Positions 21,144 through 32,216 of a stretch of DNA of 64,000 bases are shown here, piece after piece. Under the pieces are notes generated by a model. That model ran no database searches. It worked only from the letters and a program-made list of their open reading frames with translations, and was not told the origin of the DNA. The translations under genes and the position numbers were made by a program. This DNA is from Trypanosoma brucei (taxonomy: Eukaryota), in contig CH464491.1 in assembly GCA_000002445.1 (NCBI GenBank), forward strand, positions 64,001 through 128,000, in the 5' to 3' direction. Every line of letters begins with the position of its first letter. The stretch's first letter is position 1.

Positions 21144-23753
21144 TTATTGTGGCGCTTTCGAAGTGGTCCCCTTTACAGCCTTTAGTTTTTCCAACATCTT
21201 AACCAAGACACCTTTTTCCTTGCGGTAAACCTTGCTTGAAAGATCCTTCTGGGCATAGTGTTCAAGTAACGGCACATTTTCAAGTGCGTATGTGTAAGTA
21301 ATACCAAGTGAAGTGAGGAGTGAGTTTTCCTCCTCCGTGAGGACAAAGGGATTCCTGTCTCCTTCTGCTTTCCACCCATTGTCTGTGCGGCTTCTTTGTG
21401 TGCGTGCGTAAGTGGCTCCCTGAATACCACGGCGGCTGAGTGCTGAGACAGCGGCTGTTTGAGGATGAACTCCTCCGGGTGACACACTTCGACGGCGCTT
21501 CCGCTCTGCCGGCGCCACGGTTTCGTTTCGTTTTTCAAACACCGGTTTAATGGGCAAAGATCGATTTAAAATCTCCACAGTGCCCTCTTCATAAAATCTC
21601 TTGGCATCAGATACGGTGGGAAACTGACAGAAGATACCGCTCTTGCTAACATTCAGTTTTATGGGGTAGTTACGAAATGGTAACTGCCGCTCAAGTTGAG
21701 TTCGGTCTAATCCTTCCCGATCACTTCCGAGGGCTTCCGTTGGAATAAAGCACTTTTCGAAGGGTTGGTCCAATGCTGCGATCTCCTCAGTCGCCTCCGC
21801 AACGTTTGCGGTGTCACCCGCGTCACCGGCCACCTGTCGACTGGTGGATTCTTTTTGATCATTACCTACCGAGTTCTCAGCTGTCGCCACACCTTCTCCG
21901 GACGGCACTGGGTCTTGTTTCAAAGGAATATCTGGCACTGCCGACGGTGGGGGGCTGCGTGGCGCCTCTACCTCTTTTGCCCATTCTGCTGGGCCCAATG
22001 CGCGCATTAGAAAAGGAAGAGCAGGGGTAGCCGATTCCTTGGAACCTTCATTCGCTGCTGCAGAGGCGGTGGTTGGTTGAGGTGCTGGCGGTGGTGGTGG
22101 TGGCGGCTGTACTGAAGGAGCCACCTCAACCTCTGTGTTCGTCCCAAAGGTTACAGTTATGGAGACGGTGGTTTGAGTGCCTGCATCACTGCCAAGAAGG
22201 GCCCGCCTACGTTGCACCGCATCTTTCCACGCCTCACAAAATCGATTCGCAACAAATGTGAGGTGCTTATCCATTTCATCACTGAAAGCCTCCGTGTAAA
22301 TATTAGTTTGCGATAGGAGGAAGTCGCCGTCCTTTTCCTCCATGCAGAGAACACCACCCCACTGCCTTTGCATAACTTCCGCCAGCCCACCCTCATCTGC
22401 TGAATTCAACTGAAGAGGTTCGAAACCGCTCCGTTCAGCAAAGGTATTAAAACTGGACAAGAGCAGAGGTTCGGCATCGGATGTGGGAAGGATTGTAGCC
22501 AGCAGCAACCCCGTGATATTCCAATCAGAACCATCCTTACTGGTGTGTGAAACCTGTGGGGGGTACATAAACAGTCCTTCCGCGCAGTCCTTCAGCCACT
22601 GGGTGGTGACCGTGGTTACGGTTTCTCCATCCGCTTCCTCTAGTCCGCCTGGAGCGTCATCCTCATCATCTTCTGAAAAGGTACCAGGAGGAATCATTGT
22701 TACAGGGTCCTCATCATCCGCATTCTCCTCGTTCCACACCCCCTCGTCTCCACATTCGACCATTGCGGTCGCAGCGTTACCCGCGCTGTAACTGAACTCG
22801 TCCTTTATGCTGTCATCGCTTTCATCAACTTCGTTCTTCACTAGTGACACGGAATCGGTATCAACCTTAGCCGACTTCGGTTCTGCAGAACGTCCCTCTG
22901 CAGAAGTAGGTAATACTGAGCATTCTTTCACTGCTTTTGCGGCACAACCCCCTGGGGGCAGATTCGAAATATCACCGGGTAAATTGGGAAGAGAACCCGA
23001 AACCACACAGTGAGTTGCGTCTTCACGCCTTGTCACAATGTAACCACCGTGCTCATTGATTGATAGCGCTACGGTGGCATCCTCGCTAACCACTGGTTCG
23101 AGAAAAAATCGACAGTGGGAAAACAAGCGTGACCGGCAAAGTGTGGCACACGAAGAAATCGGGACGTGTGGAAGCCGTACTTGCCACTCCGCCAGACGCA
23201 AACAGGAAGAAAGGGCTCTCAATAGTGCAAGCGAGTGTGGCACCTGATTTACCCCATGCTTCACCTCCACAAGCTGCGGATACATGGATGGGCTCCAGTC
23301 AGCGCGCGAAGTTGCCACAATCACTGAAGTACTGTACTCATCCGCACTGCACCCGATGCATGCAAGGTGTAGTTTGTCTCTCCCTGGTTCAGGATGAATG
23401 GACCGAATTTCGTCGAAGGCCGTCCACCCAAATAAGCTCAAAAGCTTCTTAGTCTTCGCTCGTTTCCACGGTGCAATCACAACAACAGTGCTACCAGCCA
23501 GTTTCAGGGTCTCCAAGAAGAGTGACGAGGTGGGGTAGGATGTTATTGGTCGATATTCCCCATCCACAAGGAGGTACCGCTGCTCAGGTTGACCCGGTCG
23601 TCCTTCCAGATGGCTCGAATCCACAGGTTGGAATGTCAAAAGGGTGTCGGCACAAACAAAAAAACGCAATCTCTTCCACGATGCACCGCTCCCACCGTCA
23701 ACGTCGGTCATCCTATGTATAAACTTCGCGAAGTGGCAGAGGCGGGCAACCAC
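21144..23753 (-). CDS. Hypothetical protein, 869 aa. The N-terminal region is possibly an FCP1/SCP-like HAD fold with degenerate catalytic motifs. It also has an acidic Ser/Asp-rich centre, a poly-Pro tract (PPPPPPPAPQP) and a basic C-terminus.
   Basis: Long minus-strand ORF. Weak pattern matches to FCP-homology motifs: RLRFFVCADTLL (for hhhDLDxTL), YRPITSYPTSSLFLETL (for RPg..FL) and VIVATSRADW (for hhhhDDxxxW). See the corresponding finding; this is speculative. Confidence 0.5.
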   Translation of the reverse strand: MVARLCHFAKFIHRMTDVDGGSGASWKRLRFFVCADTLLTFQPVDSSHLEGRPGQPEQRYLLVDGEYRPITSYPTSSLFLETLKLAGSTVVVIAPWKRAKTKKLLSLFGWTAFDEIRSIHPEPGRDKLHLACIGCSADEYSTSVIVATSRADWSPSMYPQLVEVKHGVNQVPHSLALLRALSSCLRLAEWQVRLPHVPISSCATLCRSRLFSHCRFFLEPVVSEDATVALSINEHGGYIVTRREDATHCVVSGSLPNLPGDISNLPPGGCAAKAVKECSVLPTSAEGRSAEPKSAKVDTDSVSLVKNEVDESDDSIKDEFSYSAGNAATAMVECGDEGVWNEENADDEDPVTMIPPGTFSEDDEDDAPGGLEEADGETVTTVTTQWLKDCAEGLFMYPPQVSHTSKDGSDWNITGLLLATILPTSDAEPLLLSSFNTFAERSGFEPLQLNSADEGGLAEVMQRQWGGVLCMEEKDGDFLLSQTNIYTEAFSDEMDKHLTFVANRFCEAWKDAVQRRRALLGSDAGTQTTVSITVTFGTNTEVEVAPSVQPPPPPPPAPQPTTASAAANEGSKESATPALPFLMRALGPAEWAKEVEAPRSPPPSAVPDIPLKQDPVPSGEGVATAENSVGNDQKESTSRQVAGDAGDTANVAEATEEIAALDQPFEKCFIPTEALGSDREGLDRTQLERQLPFRNYPIKLNVSKSGIFCQFPTVSDAKRFYEEGTVEILNRSLPIKPVFEKRNETVAPAERKRRRSVSPGGVHPQTAAVSALSRRGIQGATYARTQRSRTDNGWKAEGDRNPFVLTEEENSLLTSLGITYTYALENVPLLEHYAQKDLSSKVYRKEKGVLVKMLEKLKAVKGTTSKAPQ

Positions 23754-24127
23754 TTAATCCTACAAAAGAACTGAAAATAGAAAGAGTAAAACGTAAATTG
23801 GAATGTGGAATATGGAATGTGAAATGTACGAGAAACGAGTTGAGGCGAAATGACCCTAGGCGAAGAACTTAACAACAACCGTAAATGAACTATGAGTAGT
23901 TTCAGAAGTGTTACGCAACTTCTTCATTCGCACATTCAGAAACAGGTAGCCCGCAGTACCCTCTTTATGTCGTACCAACACACAATAGGCCCAACTATTG
24001 TAAACCTCCTAACAGCTTACGACCCACTCACATAGGAAATAGGGGGAAAAAATAACAAATGGTGATGTGCACAAGAAAAACTGAAATTTTTTCTAAAAAA
24101 TAGACGACAACGAAAGTTAGCGATCTC

Positions 24128-24682
24128 TCAAGCACAACGGACTCCTAATCGCTCCATACCGCGCGCGACAACGTTAAGGTGAAGGCGTACAGACCCACTG
24201 CTTATTGTCCGTAATTTGAACCTTTCATCGTTAGTATGAATCATCGTTTTGTCGCAGAGCACCGGTCCACCACCCATTACCGCCTCCCTTAAGTTCTCAT
24301 ACAATCGAATGAAGAAATTCGGGTTCCAAAAGCACGGTTTCCAGGTCTCTACATTTACCTCCTGCTCCTCACCACCAGGTGGTGGCACAAACGCGACACC
24401 ATAACCCGCCAGATCCTTCCTTCCATAGCCGTCTACAGACCACACTTGCATTGAAATCTTTGGCCAACCTTCAACACTGCCCATTGTGTAATGAACATCA
24501 ATGGGGAAGCACCACGCAATGCCTCCACATGAATCGCTCTCCATGATGTGCGTGCAGCCACTTGTGTGACCCTCTACTACCCTCCAGTGCTCACCAGTAA
24601 CAATCTCAAAAGCACAAAAATAAGACTTCCCACCAAAGTCTTCACCGAACGCTAAATCTCCAATAACATGAAGCTCTGCCAT
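24128..24682 (-). CDS. B9D2: B9 domain-containing protein (B9D2-like; ciliary transition-zone / MKS module)
   Basis: MAELHVIGDLAFGEDFGGKSYFCAFEIVTGEHWRVVEGHTSGCTHI...WCFPIDVHYTMGSVEGWPKISMQVWSVDGYGRKDLAGYGVAFVPPPG fits the B9 domain pattern (MAEVHVIGQI..G.......YC.W....G..W....G...GQTQ...). The start is taken at MAELH (24682); the ORF's 19-aa upstream extension is hydrophobic junk. Confidence 0.6.
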   Translation of the reverse strand: MAELHVIGDLAFGEDFGGKSYFCAFEIVTGEHWRVVEGHTSGCTHIMESDSCGGIAWCFPIDVHYTMGSVEGWPKISMQVWSVDGYGRKDLAGYGVAFVPPPGGEEQEVNVETWKPCFWNPNFFIRLYENLREAVMGGGPVLCDKTMIHTNDERFKLRTISSGSVRLHLNVVARGMERLGVRCA

Positions 24683-25216
24683 GCCCAGGAACACTAACAA
24701 CCACAAAGAGTCTGAAGTCAAATATGCGTAAACGACCAAACGAACACTTCAAAAAAAAAACACGAAAGGAAAGAAGGAAAAAAGGTGAAAATACGCAATA
24801 AAGAAATGCACAGGAGACATACAAACGACTGCATGCGTTTATTATCTTCATTTGTCTCTCCTTTACGAGATTGAATTTGAGGGAGCCGGTATTTAAACAA
24901 CTGCACGTTACCGCAGAATGTACACAACTGAATTTTCTGGATCACCCGCGCTGGCCACTGTAACGTTCCTCCGTCGCAACGACTCGTTTTCCAAACCAAC
25001 AACTATCAAATCACCAAAAGGTAAACTTTTTAGCTAAATAAACACAATAACACGTCCGTACAATGATACGATGGTAAAGAGGGAGAGTAAATAACCCAAA
25101 TACACATATACAAGGGGAAACCAAATAGATACAGGTAAAGAATTTTAAAAAAATTTAAAACATGAGCCACTTCAATCAAAAGGCTCCAGTAAAGAAGCGG
25201 TAGGAGCGGGAAATTG

Positions 25217-27814
25217 CTAAGCAATGGTTGCAGTATCGCCCTCTTCACCAAAAATGACAAGAGGGAACAGAGGTTCCGGATCCTCCACATCCAAAAACCT
25301 AAACGCCGTACCGAGGGAACGTCCATTAAGTGAGAAACTAAGTTCCTTGCAGTTAAAGTCAAGACAGACGGTAATTTGGGACCCGGAAGCGTATGAGCAA
25401 CCGTACGGCACCCCGCTCGCATCATTCACGCTTGCAGCTATTGTTCCATTAGAGCGAAAGAGATAAGCTGGTGCCAAAGCGCGGCGTAGTCCGAAATATT
25501 TTGTTGTCACCCCGACAGCAAAAGTTTTGTCTGATGCGTTAGTTAATGAACGTGAAGCGCCGACACGAACATTAAAAAGCAATTTGCCCTCCGTTACTCC
25601 AACGGCTCCGAGAGCAAACATGGGAATTGTCACCACTGGAGGGCGGGTGCCCCGACGCCTCGTTTCTGCATTTATCAACTCCCGGGCTCTCGAAGCGTCA
25701 CCTAAACAAATGTTTCCCCTATTCGACACAACGACATTGCCGCTCCGTACGGTGTCCCAGTAGTGCACAGGTTTTAGGAGCGAAGAATTTAACTCGAATT
25801 CAGGTGACTGAGGAGAGGACAACTCAAAGGGGGCCTCGCGGCTACCATGATAGGAAACAGAATTTGTAACAGATAAACCGCCGTCGCTTGATTGCTCCAC
25901 GCTTTGATCCACCTGAGCACAACCCACCATGTTATCATCCTCATCTGTTAAAGTATTGACAGGTAATCCAAACTTTCTCACTGGTACACGTGAAAGGTTT
26001 GTTTCAGCCCCACTCGCTACATGCAGTGAAGGGGGTAAGTCAGTACAGGGGAAAAGATCACGAAGCTCTGCTTGGGGGGCCGCCCACTGACAGTCGGTCG
26101 AAAGACAACCGAGATGGCCACTGAATTCGGCAGAGAAACTGCCCCGTATAGGATTAATGGGTTTTTGCTCTTTACAACTGATCTCAGAATCAATTGATGG
26201 ATCTAACGGTTCAAACTCGCAACTCCCTTGCTGAACGGTTAGTCCATGCGCATCATAAGACTTCTTCAGCACATCTGAATGCACCAGCCGAACACCGGTT
26301 TCCGCCTTCACGGTGCCTCTCATGACAGGTTCACGGGGCTTTGACTCTCCACCCCTTTCCGCTGAGGTTACTACCTTCCGGTGACGCTCCGGATATGAAC
26401 CCCTAAATTGTGGAGCGCACATCCCACGTTCCTGCAAGGAAACAACCGTAGAGGGCAAGGGATTGCAAAGTCCATCGCTGCACACACCGAGGGAAGTGAG
26501 TATCTCCTGGTATAGTGAACTTGGAAATCGCTCGCGCGTGTGGATGTCATCCAAGTTTGGCGTTATGAGATATGTATCGCAGGAAGCATTCACATCGCCT
26601 TTATCACTTTCATTTGGAGCAGGATATTCAATGCTTTCCGATAAAGATAAGGTATATTGCGTGTCCCTGGCAGATTGGTATTCAGCAGGCCTACTGGACG
26701 TACCTCGGTGGTACCATTCCGTTTCTCCCTGCGACTCCCCTGCACCCGTCACCGGTGGCACCTCACCGTCGTCACATAAGTACATGTGAAACGAAACAGA
26801 GTCGTCGGAGCATTCACTATCTTTCCTCCCACTCTCACACACTTTTAAGGCACTACCTTTGAAAGGACCTCCCGCCACCACAACAAAAGCTTCATGCGCA
26901 CTTCTGGGCTCGGCTCCTCCAAACACTGCTTCATCCAATAATAGCTGCACGGTGTCCACCAACTCTCGACGCGCAGAGTCCTGGTCATCCTCAGTATCAG
27001 ACCTGATTGCATTCTCTTGGGAAATGAGTTGAGATACGGTACCATTTTCCGGAAGCGGCACTCCGTCATCAAGCGACGCAGTACCCAACTTTAGCGATTG
27101 GGAATCTGCACGCCGTGTTGACTGGCTCAACCCTTTTACGTCTAACCCAACAGACGGGCACCGGGGTGGTGGAGTAACTGTCACTTCAGCAACCACAGTG
27201 TTCAGGAGGGCCAAACGAGGTTCGATGGGAAGCGGCTCAGCGTCGAGCAACTTAAGACCTTCATCGTCGCAGCCTTGAGAGCGGTCAACTTCCATTGCAG
27301 CGCCACGGCGCTCATCCTTCATGGGAAATTCACTGGGGGGCGATATAACATCCTCAGTTATCTTTATTGCTCTAACATCACCGCGGCCACGACTCAAAGA
27401 AAAATCGTGGACAGCAGTAAAATCCTGCCGAATAGCTCTCACTTTGGATATGTACCTGCTTTCCGGTGCTTTGTTACGAGCATCTAAACTGACCTCATTA
27501 TCACCACACTTCACAGGGAGAAAACCAGCCCTCCGGCTACTTCCATTTGCACTGCGTGAGAAAGGGGTCAGTTTGCAATAACATGTTTTCTGTTTACCTT
27601 CTTTCTTACAGTTACGGTTAATAATGCTATTAGAATGCCGACTCCGCGCAAACTTTGCCCTCATTTGATGACTCTGTCCAAACCCCTGGTCGCTCGACTC
27701 TGGTCTTTCTGCTGTTAATGGCATCGATGCGGCCCCTGATGCACGTCTTCCACCCATCTTAAGCGGAAGCGGGTCCTTTCCACCGAAGTTGGTGTCGCAG
27801 GGTAAACTACCCAT
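25217..27814 (-). CDS. Hypothetical protein, 865 aa, with a C-terminal SPRY (B30.2-like) domain
   Basis: The C-terminal ~150 aa (KLLFNVRVGASRSL...FAVGVTTKYFG...YLFRSNGTI...VPYGCSYASGSQITVCLDFNCKELSFSLNGRSLGTAFRFL) have the beta-sandwich motif spacing of SPRY domains. The remainder is Ser/Pro/acidic-rich and disordered-looking. Confidence 0.55.
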   Translation of the reverse strand: MGSLPCDTNFGGKDPLPLKMGGRRASGAASMPLTAERPESSDQGFGQSHQMRAKFARSRHSNSIINRNCKKEGKQKTCYCKLTPFSRSANGSSRRAGFLPVKCGDNEVSLDARNKAPESRYISKVRAIRQDFTAVHDFSLSRGRGDVRAIKITEDVISPPSEFPMKDERRGAAMEVDRSQGCDDEGLKLLDAEPLPIEPRLALLNTVVAEVTVTPPPRCPSVGLDVKGLSQSTRRADSQSLKLGTASLDDGVPLPENGTVSQLISQENAIRSDTEDDQDSARRELVDTVQLLLDEAVFGGAEPRSAHEAFVVVAGGPFKGSALKVCESGRKDSECSDDSVSFHMYLCDDGEVPPVTGAGESQGETEWYHRGTSSRPAEYQSARDTQYTLSLSESIEYPAPNESDKGDVNASCDTYLITPNLDDIHTRERFPSSLYQEILTSLGVCSDGLCNPLPSTVVSLQERGMCAPQFRGSYPERHRKVVTSAERGGESKPREPVMRGTVKAETGVRLVHSDVLKKSYDAHGLTVQQGSCEFEPLDPSIDSEISCKEQKPINPIRGSFSAEFSGHLGCLSTDCQWAAPQAELRDLFPCTDLPPSLHVASGAETNLSRVPVRKFGLPVNTLTDEDDNMVGCAQVDQSVEQSSDGGLSVTNSVSYHGSREAPFELSSPQSPEFELNSSLLKPVHYWDTVRSGNVVVSNRGNICLGDASRARELINAETRRRGTRPPVVTIPMFALGAVGVTEGKLLFNVRVGASRSLTNASDKTFAVGVTTKYFGLRRALAPAYLFRSNGTIAASVNDASGVPYGCSYASGSQITVCLDFNCKELSFSLNGRSLGTAFRFLDVEDPEPLFPLVIFGEEGDTATIA

Positions 27815-28201
27815 TGTAACGCACCGCCAGCAATAACAACGATAATCACTACACTGCTAGCACGGAAACAATCGCTCTTGTAATTCCCTTCGGCCTCTCC
27901 TTTCCTTCTTTTTAACTTTCGTCAAAGTTTTTCAGCAATTTTGTGGGGTCTACAAAAGTGTAAACGTAAAGAAGGGAAAAAACAAACAGTACAAAGCACT
28001 CGGAATAATAGAGATTTAACACGTCGCGTAGCTTCCCCTCCAACGTTTAGTATTGTGTGGAAACGCAAACAAGTAGAAATGGAACGATGATATCAACGTT
28101 ACTGCGTATAACTGCGTGTGGTCATTCAACAAGAACGATACGTCACGGCCCCTTTTTCTTTCTGTCAAAAATCCACAATCCACGTTGAGAGGCCTCCAGC
28201 T

Positions 28202-29836
28202 CTACACATTAACACCCGTACTAATGGGCGGGGGCGCCAGAAGTCCCTCCCGACGAGACATGCCCCGCACCTTTTGCTCAATCAGAGCTCGGGCTGGGTG
28301 TGTTGCCACCATCAACTCCACACCTTGATTGAGCGCCACGTTGAGTATCTGGCGGTTGGACGAGATAACAATAGCCCTGAGGGCATCACCAAGCCCAAAC
28401 ACAAGCAAATTGCGCTGCGACACTTTGCTCGTTGACGCCAACAACGAGACGTGAGTAATGGGGGAGTCACACAATTCTACGTATTGACTGCTCGCATGAA
28501 CAACAGAACAGCACTGCAACAACGAAAGTGCGCGGCGTAACTCCCGTGGTCCAGCGATGGTCTCCAAGATCCACCGGAACTCCGCCAATGTAACATCAGC
28601 AACAATCCAATTGAGGCAGTTGTTCTGGTCCCCTATTTCCCGTCTCTTTGCTTGATCTTCGCGCATCCTCCGAACTACCACACTTTCGCTCAACGGCTCA
28701 CGAGGTGACTCCCCATCAGCAGTTAAATCGACCAGCTTTTGGAGCCAAGAAACTTCAACGCTAACCACAGACGGATTGTCCACGGAGCACCGGCCGTTCT
28801 TTTGTATATGCCCCCGAAGCTCCTTCTCCATGACGTGTACATCGAGCCAGCGGCTGTATTGGTTGAGGATGGGTTCGATGTGTGAGCGCACGCACGGATC
28901 GCTTTTGTCGCGCCGCTGTTGCTCTGCCAAGACACGAAACCCACGAAGTGCTGCAACATTCGACTCCACCGACTCCGCAAAACACGCCTCTGAACAAAGA
29001 GCCACTAACGCCGTTGTGTCAAAACATACATACTTGGGTAACGATACACGTGGTGGAAGAAAATCATCACGCCTCCACAGAGCTTGAAGGGGTCCGCCAG
29101 CAGCTCTGACTTTCAGCTCTGCAATACTAACGGGGCGCGCGCCCATGCTGCGAACTGCATCCGCCATCGTGGCTGGAGGAATGCAGCTAAATAAAACAAC
29201 GACTTCCGGTACTTGCATGAAGGGAAGTTTACTCTCTTTCGCAGCCAAGAGCAGACGAGTAATGGGGTTTTCCCACCCACTTTTGTTCGCCTCATTCTGC
29301 AGACTGTACGTCGAGGCCGCTCGCACCTTCACCCAACGCAAACCACCACACGAAACAAGGTCCACAGGCACCGTTTCCCACCCTCCACTGCTTACTGCGA
29401 CTCGAAACGAAGCACATACCTTCGTCACATTCGGTTCGTTTTCCAGTGCCGTCACCAATGTTTCAAGATAACGCATATCAACCTGATGAGTGGCAGGATT
29501 ATTCAGCGCATTTTCGGCGTGATGTTGGGGTGTCTCCTTCAAAAACTCCTCAACCATAAGCAACCCCTTCTCAATGCGATGCCGCAGCCGTGACAAGTTA
29601 TTTACGGACGCGTATCGCTCACTATTGCCCTCCAGCCTGTCGCGAAGCTTTGTTAACTCCCTCAACAGCTTCTCGTGTGAAGAAACCCCGTCACTAACAT
29701 CACTACTGCCGCAATGAGTTCGACTGATTGAAGTACTCCCACTGCTGCTGAAGTGGCCGCTGAGGTTCAACGATGTGTGATCGCCGTCAGCGCCAAAAGC
29801 ATCCTCGTCAATTGACTGCCATTCATAAATATTCAT
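28202..29836 (-). CDS. Hypothetical conserved protein, 544 aa
   Basis: 1.6-kb minus-strand ORF with globular-like composition. I recognise no motif. Confidence 0.5.
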   Translation of the reverse strand: MNIYEWQSIDEDAFGADGDHTSLNLSGHFSSSGSTSISRTHCGSSDVSDGVSSHEKLLRELTKLRDRLEGNSERYASVNNLSRLRHRIEKGLLMVEEFLKETPQHHAENALNNPATHQVDMRYLETLVTALENEPNVTKVCASFRVAVSSGGWETVPVDLVSCGGLRWVKVRAASTYSLQNEANKSGWENPITRLLLAAKESKLPFMQVPEVVVLFSCIPPATMADAVRSMGARPVSIAELKVRAAGGPLQALWRRDDFLPPRVSLPKYVCFDTTALVALCSEACFAESVESNVAALRGFRVLAEQQRRDKSDPCVRSHIEPILNQYSRWLDVHVMEKELRGHIQKNGRCSVDNPSVVSVEVSWLQKLVDLTADGESPREPLSESVVVRRMREDQAKRREIGDQNNCLNWIVADVTLAEFRWILETIAGPRELRRALSLLQCCSVVHASSQYVELCDSPITHVSLLASTSKVSQRNLLVFGLGDALRAIVISSNRQILNVALNQGVELMVATHPARALIEQKVRGMSRREGLLAPPPISTGVNV

Positions 29837-30165
29837 ATTGCTTACGATACAGTTCGCCTCTCGGTGTAGTATTATATGTGTGTGACCTGCAGACGCCTTT
29901 CAAACCCCAAAGTGAGAAAGCGGCACCCACACAAATTCAAAACTTCCCAACTTTGTGAAGTGTGAAGTGAAGGGATGATACTTTTAAAACGAAAACGGCA
30001 AGGGTGCAAAGGGCAAGTAAAACGGATAAGAAGTGTCTAATGGAAGTCAATCACCCTTTGTAATCGACCGCTGTGACGAAACTATTGGCACTGCGACCTT
30101 CAGAAACTCCCAGCTTTTAAAAGACTAATGGAGAAGCGACGTGACGGATGCTCCTGAAGCGCTCA

Positions 30166-30543
30166 TCACCGCTCGTAGCGCCACCAGTTCAGTCGCTTCT
30201 CCACTGGTGACTCGCGCAACACCTCATATTCCCTCTGTGTAATATCCACCATGCGGTGATGCGTGTAATCCTTATCGTCAGCACAACGCCCCCATAATCC
30301 CACCCGTGCCGAAGGAACATTGTTAAAATTAATCGTCACTGTTGTAATACCACACTTCGTACACATGCGGTACCTACGCTCCCGGTCGAAATCATTTCGA
30401 ATGTGCTTCTGATTTTCAAGCCTAAATATGTCTTTCATGCGTTTGTTTAATGTACAATTCGTTGGAGATCTGTTGAAGGAACCAAATTTTGTGAAGGAGT
30501 ACAGCGACCCCGGCCCAAAAACTGTACTGCGCGACATCGTCAC
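30166..30543 (-). CDS. Small basic protein, 125 aa, with a CxxC knuckle (RMCTKCG); it could be a small organellar-ribosome or zinc-ribbon protein
   Basis: Isolated minus-strand ORF with an upstream polyY tract (purine-rich on + at 30600-30760). It is basic and Arg-rich. I have no confident family assignment. Confidence 0.4.
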   Translation of the reverse strand: MTMSRSTVFGPGSLYSFTKFGSFNRSPTNCTLNKRMKDIFRLENQKHIRNDFDRERRYRMCTKCGITTVTINFNNVPSARVGLWGRCADDKDYTHHRMVDITQREYEVLRESPVEKRLNWWRYER

Positions 30544-31137
30544 TTCACCTTGTCACAACTCGATTCGTCGACACCGCGACAAGCAGCAAATGAGTTACCG
30601 GAAAGCAACGCGAACAGCGAATCGCTACAGCATGCAGAAAGGTTAAAAAAAAACACACACAAAGAAGCTGCATAACAAAAAAGATGCGTACAAATGTGCA
30701 GGAAATCGAAAGCAATCACCAAAACAAAAGAAATACACCGAAGAAATAACGGTAAGGGAATAATAATAATAATAGTGGTAAAGGAACAGACACGGAAAGA
30801 CCAAACCATAACATTCTGTTTCAGTTTACCCTCCCCCATTCACGGTACAGCGCGGTCGTACGGTAACACATCACGATGACCTTTTATGACTCTCTTTCGT
30901 GTTTTTCTTTCACCACTGCGGCTCGCCTCTTCAAATCAATAAATCCCCGCCTCACTGCTCACCTTCAGCGTAAGCCCAACTAAAGAACAACCATAAAATT
31001 GGGACGGAGGAAATTACGACTGGCGAAATGTAAAACAGAAAAAAAAAAGTGCTTTGAGGACACCTCCATGGCGAGGCGCGGACGCTGATGGGTACGGCCC
31101 AACGTTGTTAATTCCATGTTGCACTGACGCTTACAAA

Positions 31138-31662
31138 TCAAAGCATCATATCTCTTTTCTTTAAACGTTTAGACGACTTCTTTTCCTTCTCGCGTTCAGC
31201 ATCTCTCGCAGCCTTCTTAGCCATACGCTCTTTCGCCTTGCGATTTAGTCGCACGTTTTGCTTCAACCGTCGCTGTACGATTTGCTGCACTTCAGGATTC
31301 TCCTCCATCCACTCGTCCGCAAAAGACTTCAGTCGTCGTCGCTTGTTTCTTCCAGTTCCTGCAAAGTACCCAAATTCGACAAAACCACTTGTTCCTGTGT
31401 TATTTTTGGGAGTTTTGTGCTTCAGCTCCGGGTTAATTAAGTTTCGGTACTTCAGCAGCTCAAGTTCTTGCCGTTCTTCCGCACCCAGTTTCGACTTTTT
31501 CATACCGTACCACTGAGTTAAAGTTGAGGCACTTTCTTTGCGTTCCTTTCGAATGGCCTTCTTTCGCTGCTTAACTCCTTCAACAGCATTCATGTCACTA
31601 AAAAACTTTGGCGAGGTGGTCACAGCCTTCTCCATCATGGAGTCAATAGATTTAGACGTCAT
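31138..31662 (-). CDS. FCF2: Fcf2-like pre-rRNA processing protein (DNTTIP2/Fcf2 C-terminal domain)
   Basis: FFSDMNAVEG...TLTQWYGMKKSKLGAEERQELELLKYRNLINPELKHKTPKNN...SGFVEFGYFAGTGRNKRRRLKSFADEWMEENPEVQQIVQRRLKQN follows the Fcf2 domain pattern (WFDM...L.LR..LDPKRFYKK...FQIG......R.....EELL.D...). It has a Lys-rich C-terminal tail. Confidence 0.5.
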   Translation of the reverse strand: MTSKSIDSMMEKAVTTSPKFFSDMNAVEGVKQRKKAIRKERKESASTLTQWYGMKKSKLGAEERQELELLKYRNLINPELKHKTPKNNTGTSGFVEFGYFAGTGRNKRRRLKSFADEWMEENPEVQQIVQRRLKQNVRLNRKAKERMAKKAARDAEREKEKKSSKRLKKRDMML

Positions 31663-32216
31663 CCCACCACTTTTTGTAAACTACAAAACCAAACAAGAAA
31701 ACAAAATAAACGAAAAGGGGGTAGGGAAGGGAATCGTAACAACTAAACACAGCAATAATGAAGAATGGCCAAAGAACTCCCAAACGGGGGGATGAGGAAG
31801 GTGGAAAAAAAGCTACGGTAAAAAAAAAATAATAATAATAACGTTGTGTGGAACCAACCATTGAAACACACCAACCGGTGGTTGAACAAATTTTGGATTT
31901 GCTTATCAGTAAACCACCTCCGCAACTAATACTTCACCACTGCTGGCATCATTTCCTCCTCTCCCGGTACCTTCCGCCCCCCCCCCCAATAAACAAAAGA
32001 GAAGAGGTTGGAGAGAGGTAACGTAAAGATAAACTGCAAAGAAGATCCATGGAGAGTTATTTGCTCAGAGCACCAAGAAAAAAAGAAAAGGAAAAGGAGC
32101 GCAAAGAAAATCAAAGCAATGGAACAAATTCTCTCATAGAACACCACATTTATTACCTCACCAAAACTGCTACTCGAGAAGGTGATGGTAACCACCACAC
32201 ACAACAGAAAGCGGGT

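Noticed and set aside
24683-24739. N-terminal 19-aa extension of the B9-domain ORF (MVVYAYLTSDSLWLLVFLG)
   Set aside because: The B9 domain starts at MAELHVIG, as in B9D1 and B9D2. The extension is hydrophobic and has no counterpart in the family, so it is more likely 5'UTR.
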